From assembly GCA_050108135.1 (NCBI GenBank), contig JBNIDQ010000006.1:80758-144757 (forward strand): a DNA stretch of 64,000 bases. The letters run 5' to 3'. A program made the position numbers and the translations under genes. Under the pieces are notes generated by a model. That model did no database searches and was not told where the DNA came from. It was given only the letters and a program-made list of their open reading frames with translations. Origin of the DNA: Candidatus Bathyarchaeia archaeon (GTDB taxonomy: Archaea > Thermoproteota > Bathyarchaeia > Bathyarchaeales > Bathycorpusculaceae). Below, in pieces: positions 10,119-18,405 of the stretch. How positions within the stretch are numbered: position 1 is the stretch's first letter; every line of letters begins with the position of its first letter.

Positions 10119-12557
10119 CTATTTGGCGGTTTTGCTTCTTCTTTTTTTCTGCACTTTCTCTGACAACGAAACAAACATGTTGCCTATGGCAAGTGCAAAA
10201 GCAGGAAAAGCTGGTAGAATGTACCAGTACAGTTTAGTTTGCGCAAAAGTGAACAGTCCAAGCACGGTACTTATCCAGATGACAAGTAACGTGTCAGGTT
10301 TTGACCGTTTAACTGCCGCGTATAGGCTTAAACTGATGGCAAAGGGCAAGGCTGCTATCCAGACAGGATTTTCGCTAGTGAACAGGTATGTTAGGTAGTA
10401 CAGGACTCCTCCGCTGTGACCTTCGATTGGGTATGTTGCACGCATGAAACCGCTGTACCCGAAGTACCACATGCCGAAAGATGAGCCAAACTGTTGCAAC
10501 ATGTAGATTATCCATGGCAGAAAAACCAGTAGCCCAACACCCAAAAACAGCAAGAACCTTTTAGAAAACAGGAACCTAACACTGCGTTTAGTAACTACCA
10601 AATAAACTATCATAATCAACGGCAACAGTAACGCTTGAATCTGCTTAGTCATAAGGGCTAAACCAAAAAATGCCCCACCAATCACTGCATACCAATTTGA
10701 CCTTTTTCCAGTTTCGCTTGCAAGAATAAAGTATATTCCGGCAGTTATGAAGAAGAGTAACATTACGTCTGTCATGGCGTGTCTGGCAAAAATGAAAAAA
10801 GTAGCGAAAGTTCCCAGAACCATGGCGGCTGCAAAACCTGTTTTTTGGCTGTAAAGTTTTTTGCCCAAATAGTAAACCATAACCATTGAGAGCGCGGCAA
10901 AGATTGGGCTGATTAGTCTTGTGGAGAAGTTGCTGAACCCAAACAGTTGATACGACAATGACATTAGCCACATGTAAAGGGGTGGTTTGGCAATCCAGAA
11001 ATTGACTTCTCCAAAACACCAAGGAACCAAATAATCTCCAGACTTGCTCATGTGAAAACCCCACTGAGAATAAGTCTGCTCGTCAGCAACCCACAAAGCC
11101 CCGTTGCCTAAATACACAAAAAATGCGACAGAAAAAGCCAGAATCATCAAAATGTAGACCAAGTCTGTGTGAGCTTTAAGCCAAGACTGCTTGCCAACTA
11201 TGTTTGGCTGATTGCTTAGGCTGCTTTGACGGTTTCTGTAAGTAACAAGCAGCAATGTTGCGATTAATCCAGCAATCACCACAAACGCAATAACGTCAAA
11301 AACGACATTATTCAAATTCAGACTAGTGTCTTGCAGAAAAGTTGTACCTGAGTTTGTTAGTGCAAAAGCGTAAATTATGAAGTCATCTGAGCCAACGTAA
11401 AGCGTATTGTTCACGATTGTTGGTGAAGATTCCACAATCCCGCCTGTTTCATACCGCCATTTCTGCTCTCCTGTGAAGGCGTCAAAACAGTAGAGGCTTT
11501 GGTCCTCCGAACCCACGTACACGTTTGAGTTGGCAACAGCGGGAGACGAAACAATCCAGTAGCCTGTTTGGGCTTGCCAAACCAAGTCGCCGTTAACTGG
11601 GTCAAGGCAGTACAAGAAGCCATTGTATGAGCCAACATAAAGGTAACCGTAGGCTATGGCTGGTGAGGATTCTACTTGGCATTGGTCACCTGTTTGGTAC
11701 TGCCAAATTATGGCGCCGTCTGTTGCGTTTAGGCAGACAACGTATCCGTCAACGGAACCAACATACACTTTATCGTTAAATATGCATGGCGAAGACCGTA
11801 TGCTGCCAGTGTGTTTATTCCAAAGTTCCTCGCCATTTGAAGCATTAACTGCGCGGACAACAAAGTCATCACAAGCAAAATACACAACATCCCCCGAAAT
11901 GGCTGGTGAAGAATAAACTTGCTTATCGGTCGGGGCAACCCAAACAATTTCGCCGCTTGTTGCGTTTAGGCAGTAAAGTCCGCTGCTTCCTGAACCAATA
12001 TAGATTCTGCCGTCAACAAGCGTTGGCGAAGACCTTACGGAGCCACCAATTAGTGTTCTCCAAATAATGTCTCCGTCCGTAATGTTTAGGGCGTAAACGT
12101 AGCCGTCATCAACACCAACATAAACCCGTTCCTTGTCAATTGCTGGGGAAGACCAAACCTCCCAACCTAAACCGGTCCTCCAAACAGGCATGCCAGTTGA
12201 AATGTTAAGACAATACACGTTTTGGTCTCTGGAACCCACAAAAAGCAGCCCATCCTCTACTGCGGGTGAAGAGTAAACCGCACGGTATGTTGGATACCTC
12301 CAGAGCAATGTTGCAGAGTCAGTGGATTCTCTGTCGCTTGCAAAAGCTGTGTGGGTTTGGTCATGGCGGAACATTACCCACTCATTATAGTCGCTGTTGA
12401 CTGGTTTGGCTGTTGCTAAACAAGTGGTTTGAACAAGTAAAACAAGCAGGATTAACGTGATTGTTAGTACTGCTTGTTTGGGTTTGTTCATTGTTATCAT
12501 TACAGGCAAGCAAATGTATAGAAAGAATATAAAACCTACCAAAAACCCGCTCATCAA
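10119..12557 (-). CDS. PQQ/BamB-like beta-propeller fused to an ArnT/PMT_2-type (GT-C) glycosyltransferase
   Basis: N-half has many SSP-x-V...VYVGS.D..vYclnA.tG..vW repeats. C-half is polytopic with DE (WVADE), KPPLY, DxxLLFF, TK and WYILP motifs. Confidence 0.85.
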   Translation of the reverse strand: MMSGFLVGFIFFLYICLPVMITMNKPKQAVLTITLILLVLLVQTTCLATAKPVNSDYNEWVMFRHDQTHTAFASDRESTDSATLLWRYPTYRAVYSSPAVEDGLLFVGSRDQNVYCLNISTGMPVWRTGLGWEVWSSPAIDKERVYVGVDDGYVYALNITDGDIIWRTLIGGSVRSSPTLVDGRIYIGSGSSGLYCLNATSGEIVWVAPTDKQVYSSPAISGDVVYFACDDFVVRAVNASNGEELWNKHTGSIRSSPCIFNDKVYVGSVDGYVVCLNATDGAIIWQYQTGDQCQVESSPAIAYGYLYVGSYNGFLYCLDPVNGDLVWQAQTGYWIVSSPAVANSNVYVGSEDQSLYCFDAFTGEQKWRYETGGIVESSPTIVNNTLYVGSDDFIIYAFALTNSGTTFLQDTSLNLNNVVFDVIAFVVIAGLIATLLLVTYRNRQSSLSNQPNIVGKQSWLKAHTDLVYILMILAFSVAFFVYLGNGALWVADEQTYSQWGFHMSKSGDYLVPWCFGEVNFWIAKPPLYMWLMSLSYQLFGFSNFSTRLISPIFAALSMVMVYYLGKKLYSQKTGFAAAMVLGTFATFFIFARHAMTDVMLLFFITAGIYFILASETGKRSNWYAVIGGAFFGLALMTKQIQALLLPLIMIVYLVVTKRSVRFLFSKRFLLFLGVGLLVFLPWIIYMLQQFGSSFGMWYFGYSGFMRATYPIEGHSGGVLYYLTYLFTSENPVWIAALPFAISLSLYAAVKRSKPDTLLVIWISTVLGLFTFAQTKLYWYILPAFPAFALAIGNMFVSLSEKVQKKRRSKTAK

Positions 12558-12615
12558 CCTATTTGGAGCCTAATAGCAGCCTATTAGAGGTTGTATGCAA
12601 AAACCTATAGGGGGT
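12553..12615 (+). repeat. Dispersed intergenic repeat, copy 1
   Basis: ATCAACCTATTTGGAGCCTAATAG...GTATGCAAAAACCTATAGGGGGT. Confidence 0.8.
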
Positions 12616-12629
12616 CTATCAATTCCATA

Positions 12630-12770
12630 AGCCGGTGTGGCTGGTGAACCTCAAAAGTAAACACAACATCAGTCATAACAATACCCTACAATGTAGAATA
12701 CTGGGTTGCTGGTTTATTTGCAATTTGCCATCAACCAATCGGTTAAACGGCTAAATTTTTTTGAAAATAA
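12630..12770 (-). repeat. Ectopic copy of the GH57 gene 5' end and upstream region (original at 49926-50068)
   Basis: 12630-12734 matches 49926-50030 with 4 mismatches in 105 bp by manual alignment. It encodes MTDVVFTFEVHQPHRL, then runs into the repeat and stops (ORF 12605-12676). Confidence 0.9.
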
Positions 12771-12863
12771 CATGAAGAATGGGATGGTGCAATTTGTGCG
12801 GATGATGTTCGTTATCGGTCTGTTTGCACCGTTCGCTAAGCGGTCTGATGAAAAAATCAAAAT

Positions 12864-13814
12864 TTAAGGTTTACGATATCTTCGGCAGTAAAATACAGTT
12901 GATGTTATTCCGATTGCTGTTACCATTGAGACGCCTGCGATTACCGGTGTGAATGAAGACGGAGTTTCCGGTTCTTGTGTGGACTTTACAATCTCGTCTT
13001 TCTCAACGTCATAAGGATACGTGAGCGGGTAGTGATCTATGTTATTCTGGTCAATAACGTATGCTGTGTCGCCAATTCCCGAATTGCCGAGTTCAGAAGC
13101 GTTAGGATACTTTACCGTATAGTTACTCCAGTAATTACCAACAGAACCATTATCCCAAAAATTAGCAGTATTGACTATAAAAGATGCTGATACATTGTTA
13201 AGCAAAATATTATTCGCGGTAAATATATTTGAACCTGACCGAGAAGCGATATACATTTCAGAAATACTGCAGTTTGAGATATGGTTTCCACCACCCCACA
13301 AGGATATTTTTTTAATGCTACTTTCTATTACAGTATTATACTCACCGTTAACTCGAAGAGCGTTTTGGGTTGTTATGTTAGTGATAAAACAGTTTGAACT
13401 GGCCAAAAAAACGCTTGTTGGATTTTCACCAATTATTTCGAGATTTTTAACGGTCACATTAGTCACTTGTAATATCTCTAAGCCAGAATTATCAAAAGCA
13501 CCTAGTGCATTTATTGTATGTCCCCCACCGTCGAATAAGATGTTACTTCGGTCAATTCTGACACTATAATTTTCTATGTCGGCGGTTAATGTGTATATGT
13601 TTTCAGTTCGGTTTATCAGGCCAAGGGCTGGAGATTCTTCATGCGAAGGAGAAACTTGGTAAATTGTTATGCTACCATCGCTTTTTATTGTTAATTCTGG
13701 CAAATATTGACGATCAAGAGGACCTGCTGTTGCCAAATTAACAAACAAGAATCCACAAGTCAGCGAAAACAATAAAACTGAAATTAGAACAATAACTAAA
13801 ACTTTTTTTGCCAA
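12864..13814 (-). CDS. NosD/CASH-type beta-helix surface protein
   Basis: Signal peptide, TIKSDGSI, ILFDGGGHT, GNYWSNY...GIGDTAY...DHYPL motifs, C-terminal TM. Confidence 0.85.
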   Translation of the reverse strand: MAKKVLVIVLISVLLFSLTCGFLFVNLATAGPLDRQYLPELTIKSDGSITIYQVSPSHEESPALGLINRTENIYTLTADIENYSVRIDRSNILFDGGGHTINALGAFDNSGLEILQVTNVTVKNLEIIGENPTSVFLASSNCFITNITTQNALRVNGEYNTVIESSIKKISLWGGGNHISNCSISEMYIASRSGSNIFTANNILLNNVSASFIVNTANFWDNGSVGNYWSNYTVKYPNASELGNSGIGDTAYVIDQNNIDHYPLTYPYDVEKDEIVKSTQEPETPSSFTPVIAGVSMVTAIGITSTVFYCRRYRKP

Positions 13815-13866
13815 GTTTCATTGCCTCTGCATTAATTGGTTTTGGGGTAAAGAGTTTATAAAAGGG

Positions 13867-13890
13867 TTTTCGTCAAAGTTTCTTGACTAA
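13867..13890 (-). promoter_or_regulatory. GTCAA-N6-TTGAC operator, copy 2
   Basis: Minus strand reads TTAGTCAAGAAACTTTGACGAAAA then CCCTTTTATAAAC (TATA). Confidence 0.75.
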
Positions 13891-14000
13891 AGCTTTTTGG
13901 CTACAGATACGCTTTTAAATCTAATAAGAGGCTGTGAGAAACTGCAATTTTAATAAAATATTTTGTTTGATGTTGATTTTGTTTGGTTGTTTTGGTGTGA

Positions 14001-14109
14001 AAATTGTTTTTGTGGTTTGTTTGGGTGTTGGGTTTTTTGTGTGGAGTGTGAACTGGTTGGCGTAGGCACTGCTTTTTCGTTGCTTTACTTTTCATATCAA
14101 CCTATTAGG
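14001..14109. repeat. Conserved non-coding flank shared with 51807-51962
   Basis: 14001-14067 vs 51807-51873 are 65/67 identical; 14079-14109 vs 51932-51962 are 31/31 identical. Confidence 0.9.
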
Positions 14110-14151
14110 CTCCAAATAGGATATCATTGCAGAAACCTATAGGGGGTAGGT
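14096..14151 (+). repeat. Dispersed intergenic repeat, copy 2
   Basis: ATCAACCTATTAGGCTCCAAATAGG...TGCAGAAACCTATAGGGGGTAGGT. Confidence 0.85.
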
Positions 14152-14232
14152 CGTATTGGCGTTTTTTCAAGCCAAAAACATGTTGAAAAATGTTTTAAGA
14201 AAAAAATGAAGGGCTAAACTGCCCAAAATGGT

Positions 14233-14568
14233 TTACTTTAGTTTGTTAAAGAAGCAACTGTACTCGCCAGTGTGGCAAGCGTTGTCTTTCTGCTCAACCA
14301 CGTACAAGAGTGTGTCGTAGTCGCAGTCAGTTGAAACTGAAACAATCTTTTGCGTGTGACCGCTGGTTTCGCCTTTTACCCAGATTTCGTTTCGGCTGCG
14401 GCTCCAGTAGGTGGCTTTGCCGGTTTTGAGGGTTAGGTCAAGTGCTTCTTTGTTGGCGTATGCCAGCATCAAAACAGTTTTAGTGGTTACGTCTTGAACT
14501 ACGACTGGGATTAAGCCGTTGCCTTTAGCGAAGTCAAGTTTAGAGAGTAATTCTTCAGGTGTTGTCAT
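14233..14568 (-). CDS. hisI: Phosphoribosyl-AMP cyclohydrolase (monofunctional)
   Basis: YWSRSR...[15 protein letters not shown] and ACHTG..SCF motifs. Confidence 0.95.
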   Translation of the reverse strand: MTTPEELLSKLDFAKGNGLIPVVVQDVTTKTVLMLAYANKEALDLTLKTGKATYWSRSRNEIWVKGETSGHTQKIVSVSTDCDYDTLLYVVEQKDNACHTGEYSCFFNKLK

Positions 14569-15368
14569 TGTCTTATTGTCACCCCCGCTTTACGAAGATA
14601 ATCCTTCACCATTGGGACAGGATACTTGTTATAGTGAAATACTGAAGCAGCCAACGCCGCATCCGCTTTGCCCGAAGTGAAGACGTCAACGAAGTGTTGA
14701 GGGACTCCAGCGCCTCCGCTCGCGATGACTGGAACGTGGACGCGTTCAGAGATAGCTCGGGTAAGTTCGATGTCGAAGCCGCTTTCTGTGCCGTCTTTGT
14801 CCATTGAGGTGACGAGGAATTCGCCTGCACCCAACTTTTCTGCTTGGAGTGCCCATGCTACTGCGTCGATGCCTGTTGGTTTTCTGCCGCCGTAAGTGTT
14901 AACTTCAAACCACACTGGTCCTTCACTTGTCTGCACCGTGATTTTTCCTTCAGCTGGGGTACGGTTGCGTTTAGCGTCAATAGCTACAACAACGCATTGT
15001 TGACCAAAAACGTCAGCCAACTCCGTGAGCACTTTGGGGTTTTCAACGGCTGCAGTGTTGACGGATACTTTGTCGGCTCCGCTGCATAGGACGTTTCTTG
15101 CGTCTGCCACGTTGCGGATTCCACCGCCTACAGTGAATGGTATGCTGATGGCTTTAGCGACGCCTTCCACGTATTGCCGCATGATGTCGCGTTTTTCGTG
15201 TGAAGCGGTGATGTCGAGAAAGACGAGTTCGTCGGCGCCTTCGTCGCTGTAACGTTTTGCCAATTCCACTGGGTCGCCTGCGTGTTTTAGTTCGAGAAAG
15301 TTGATGCCTTTGACTACTTTTCCGTGGTCAACATCAAGGCATGGAACGATACGTTTTGCAAGTGGCAC
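14565..15368 (-). CDS. hisF: Imidazole glycerol phosphate synthase, cyclase subunit
   Basis: [29 protein letters not shown] and ALAASVFH motifs. Confidence 0.97.
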   Translation of the reverse strand: MPLAKRIVPCLDVDHGKVVKGINFLELKHAGDPVELAKRYSDEGADELVFLDITASHEKRDIMRQYVEGVAKAISIPFTVGGGIRNVADARNVLCSGADKVSVNTAAVENPKVLTELADVFGQQCVVVAIDAKRNRTPAEGKITVQTSEGPVWFEVNTYGGRKPTGIDAVAWALQAEKLGAGEFLVTSMDKDGTESGFDIELTRAISERVHVPVIASGGAGVPQHFVDVFTSGKADAALAASVFHYNKYPVPMVKDYLRKAGVTIRQ

Positions 15369-15372
15369 AGTT

Positions 15373-16095
15373 TTAGACCCCTATTTTTTGTATAGCTTCT
15401 TTTAGTGTAAATCGGCCTTCATAAAGCGCTTTCCCGATAACTGCGCCTTCTACCCCGATTTTTTTAAGGTTCGCAAGGTCATCTATGCTGCCTATTCCGC
15501 CTGCCGCCAAAATTTTGACGCCTGAACATTTCACTGCTTCAGCAAGGGTTTCAAGGTCTGGACCACTAAGCAAACCGTCGTGAGTAATTGAGGTTATCAA
15601 GAATCTTTGAACGCCCAATTCAATGAATTTTTCCAGAGCGTCCTGTAGAGTCATGTCTGTTGCTGTTCGCCAACCATCAATCATAACCCAGCCGTTCTTG
15701 TTGTCGAGGGCGACGACGACTGATTCTTTGCCGAACTTGTCCTGTAATCGGGTAATTACTGAGAAGTCTTTGAATGCTAATGAGCCAAGCATGACTTGGG
15801 TTATGCCTGTGTTGAAGAGTTTTTCTGCGATTTCGAAGCTGCGTATGCCTCCGCCGACTTGGATGGGTAGGTTGATGTTTTTGGCAATTTCAGTTATGAC
15901 TGGGTGATTGTTGCCTTTGCCGAAAGCGGCGTCGAGGTCGATGATGTGAAGTTTGCCTGCGCCTTCGTCACGCCAACGTTTCGCCGTTTCTACTGGTCCA
16001 CCGTATTGTTCATAGATTTTGGCGGTTTTTGCTTCTCCCTGTGTTAAACGCACGATTTTGCTGTTCATTAAATCTATTGCTGGAATTAACTGCAT
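15373..16095 (-). CDS. hisA: ProFAR isomerase
   Basis: [28 protein letters not shown] and GKALYEG motifs. Confidence 0.96.
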   Translation of the reverse strand: MQLIPAIDLMNSKIVRLTQGEAKTAKIYEQYGGPVETAKRWRDEGAGKLHIIDLDAAFGKGNNHPVITEIAKNINLPIQVGGGIRSFEIAEKLFNTGITQVMLGSLAFKDFSVITRLQDKFGKESVVVALDNKNGWVMIDGWRTATDMTLQDALEKFIELGVQRFLITSITHDGLLSGPDLETLAEAVKCSGVKILAAGGIGSIDDLANLKKIGVEGAVIGKALYEGRFTLKEAIQKIGV

Positions 16096-16101
16096 CTTAG
16101 G

Positions 16102-16707
16102 TTACCTCGTTACTATTTTGGCGAAGTTGCGTAGAATCTGCAAGCCTACGTCGCCTGATTTTTCTGGGTGAAACTGTGTGCCATACACGTTTTTGCCTGC
16201 CACTGCAGACGCGAAAGTGGTGCCATAAGTGGTTTTAGTACACACTATACTTTCGTCAGTTGGAGCTGGAAACAGTGAGTGCACAAAGTAAACAAACGTG
16301 TCTTCTTTTATGCCGTCGAATAACTCGCAGGACTTGGTCATGTTGATTGTGTTCCATCCCATATGGGGAATCTTTAAGTCACCTTGCAAGCGGACGATTT
16401 TGCCTTTAAAGAAGCCTAAACCTGCTCCGGGGCCTTCTTCGCTTTCTTCAAAGAACAACTGCAGCCCAAGGCAAATGCCCAGTAGCGGTGTGCCTTCTAC
16501 GACTTTGTTTTGGATGGTTTCTTTTACGCACTCAAGTTTTTGTGCTGCAGGGGTAAAGCTGCCTACTCCGGGGAGCGCGACGGCGTCAGCTTTCTCTAAA
16601 TCCGCAGAGGTTGTTCCGATGGAAACCTCTAATCCTGCTTTTTCCAATGCGCATTTGAGGCTTAGTAAGTTGCCTACGCCGTAGTCGAAGATTACTGCTT
16701 TTGCCAT
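16102..16707 (-). CDS. hisH: Imidazole glycerol phosphate synthase, glutaminase subunit
   Basis: DYGVGN, LPGVG, GICLGLQ and QFHPEKS motifs. Confidence 0.97.
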   Translation of the reverse strand: MAKAVIFDYGVGNLLSLKCALEKAGLEVSIGTTSADLEKADAVALPGVGSFTPAAQKLECVKETIQNKVVEGTPLLGICLGLQLFFEESEEGPGAGLGFFKGKIVRLQGDLKIPHMGWNTINMTKSCELFDGIKEDTFVYFVHSLFPAPTDESIVCTKTTYGTTFASAVAGKNVYGTQFHPEKSGDVGLQILRNFAKIVTR

Positions 16708-16708
16708 T

Positions 16709-17284
16709 TTAGATTACTCCTTTAGAGCTGGGTACGCCTTTGCGTCTTGGGTCAACCGCGACAGCTTGACGTAATGATAGGGCTAGCGCTTTGGTTGCGG
16801 CTTCTGCTTTGTGGTGGTCGTTGCTGCCGTACATTACAAACATGTGCACGTTAGCTTGCAGTGAGTTGGTTAGGGACTCGTAGAAGTGGTTGATGTCTTC
16901 GGTTTGCATTTCTTCTACTTTTCTGCCCTTGAATTTGAGGTCAATCTTGAAGTATGGACGCTTAACCAAGTCGACGGCGGCAAATGCGAGTGAGCAATCC
17001 ATGGGGGCAGCGGCGTTGCCGAAACGTGTTATGCCTACTCGAGTGCCCAGAGCCTTGTTTAGGGCTTCGCCTAAGCCGATGGCTAAGTCTTCTACGCAGT
17101 GGTGTACAAGGTCACCTTTTACAGACGCTTCAATATCGATTAGGCTGTGTGTGGCAAGGCTTGTTAACATGTGGTCAAGGAACGGCACGCCTGAATCGAT
17201 GGCTGCTTTGCCTTCGCCGTCAAGGTTAACTTTTGCTTTTACTTCGGTTTCTTTGGTTTTACGGTAAACTTCTTCAACGCGCAC
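16709..17284 (-). CDS. hisB: Imidazoleglycerol-phosphate dehydratase
   Basis: R.TKET, FLDHML, HH.VED and NDHHKAEA metal-binding motifs. Confidence 0.96.
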   Translation of the reverse strand: MRVEEVYRKTKETEVKAKVNLDGEGKAAIDSGVPFLDHMLTSLATHSLIDIEASVKGDLVHHCVEDLAIGLGEALNKALGTRVGITRFGNAAAPMDCSLAFAAVDLVKRPYFKIDLKFKGRKVEEMQTEDINHFYESLTNSLQANVHMFVMYGSNDHHKAEAATKALALSLRQAVAVDPRRKGVPSSKGVI

Positions 17285-17286
17285 GT

Positions 17287-18405
17287 TTATTCCTCAATTA
17301 TTTGTTTTAATGACTCGATTAGTTTAGCGTTCATTTCTGGCAAACCAACAGTTACACGGAAACAGTTATCATACTGCAGCAGTTTGCCCCACTTCTTTAG
17401 CATAACGCCACGCTTCAGCAGTTTCTCATACACGGCGTCAGCTGGCATCTTTGTGTTGATTAGTATGAAGTCAGCTTGCGAACCAAACGCTTCTACGCCT
17501 TCTATTTGGTTAAGTGCCTTTATGAGTTTTCCCCGTTCCGCCTTCAAGGCTGCAACCGCAGTTTGCATGATATCCATGTTCTCCAGCATCTTGACGCCCA
17601 TACGGATGGTGAAGCCGCTTACTGGGTAGGGCAATGGAGCTTTTTCTGTCAAGATTTTTGCGAGTTCAGGGTTAGCAACGGCATATCCAAGCCGCAACAT
17701 GGCAAGCCCGAATGCTTTGGAGAATGTCCGCAGAATAATCATGTTTGGGAATTCGCGGATGCGTGGCACAAATGAGTAGTCTGCAAACTCGCCGTATGCT
17801 TCATCTACAATGACTATGCCTGGGAATGCTTTTGCGAGTGTTTCAATGTCTTCTGGTTTCATCTGGTTGCTTGTTGGATTGTTTGGTGAGCACAAATAGA
17901 GTAGCCGCGTTTTTTCTGAGAACAATGCGAGCATGGCTGGTACGTCAAGCTGAAAATCGCTCTTCAGTGGCACTGTAACATATTCGCCTTCTTGGCGTTT
18001 CACACAGAGTCTTGGAATCGCGAATGAGGGTGTGAATGAGACTGCGGTGTCGCCTTTTTCTACAAAGAGGCGTATCATGCGGTCAAGCAACTCATCTCCT
18101 GCATTACCGATGACTATGAAATCTTCGGGAACACCCATGTACTCGGCTACTTTGTTGACCAGTTTAGGTACTTCATCTTCTGGGTACATCCGCAAGTCAA
18201 TCTCGTCAGCAACCTCTTTAATCAAAGGTGTTTGGCGGCTGCGGTCAACAAAGAGGTTCTCGTTAAAGTTCAGCTTCACAATCTTTGAAGTGTCAACGCC
18301 AAGTTGCTTCGCTAACCCCTCGGGTGTAACACCTGCCGAGTAACAGTCAATTGCTCGAAGCTTCTGCTTTTTTTGTTCTATCCATTTACGGTAGGCTTCG
18401 CTCAT
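17287..18405 (-). CDS. hisC: Histidinol-phosphate aminotransferase
   Basis: KLNFNEN, CSPNNPT, VDEAY and RTFSKAFGLA.LRLGY PLP motifs; operon context. Confidence 0.95.
   Translation of the reverse strand: MSEAYRKWIEQKKQKLRAIDCYSAGVTPEGLAKQLGVDTSKIVKLNFNENLFVDRSRQTPLIKEVADEIDLRMYPEDEVPKLVNKVAEYMGVPEDFIVIGNAGDELLDRMIRLFVEKGDTAVSFTPSFAIPRLCVKRQEGEYVTVPLKSDFQLDVPAMLALFSEKTRLLYLCSPNNPTSNQMKPEDIETLAKAFPGIVIVDEAYGEFADYSFVPRIREFPNMIILRTFSKAFGLAMLRLGYAVANPELAKILTEKAPLPYPVSGFTIRMGVKMLENMDIMQTAVAALKAERGKLIKALNQIEGVEAFGSQADFILINTKMPADAVYEKLLKRGVMLKKWGKLLQYDNCFRVTVGLPEMNAKLIESLKQIIEE

Noticed and set aside
12593-12615. Repeat core GAAAC-N5-GGGGG resembles an archaeal ORB (origin recognition box) G-string
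   Set aside because: The TCCA..GGAAA palindromic half is missing, the copies are scattered singly over more than 40 kb, and there is no cdc6/orc1 gene or paired-ORB/DUE arrangement in the window.
12630-12734. Possible DGR template/variable repeat pair with 49926-50030
   Set aside because: The mismatches are all transitions, not restricted to adenines; they lie at a gene 5' end; and no reverse transcriptase is present.
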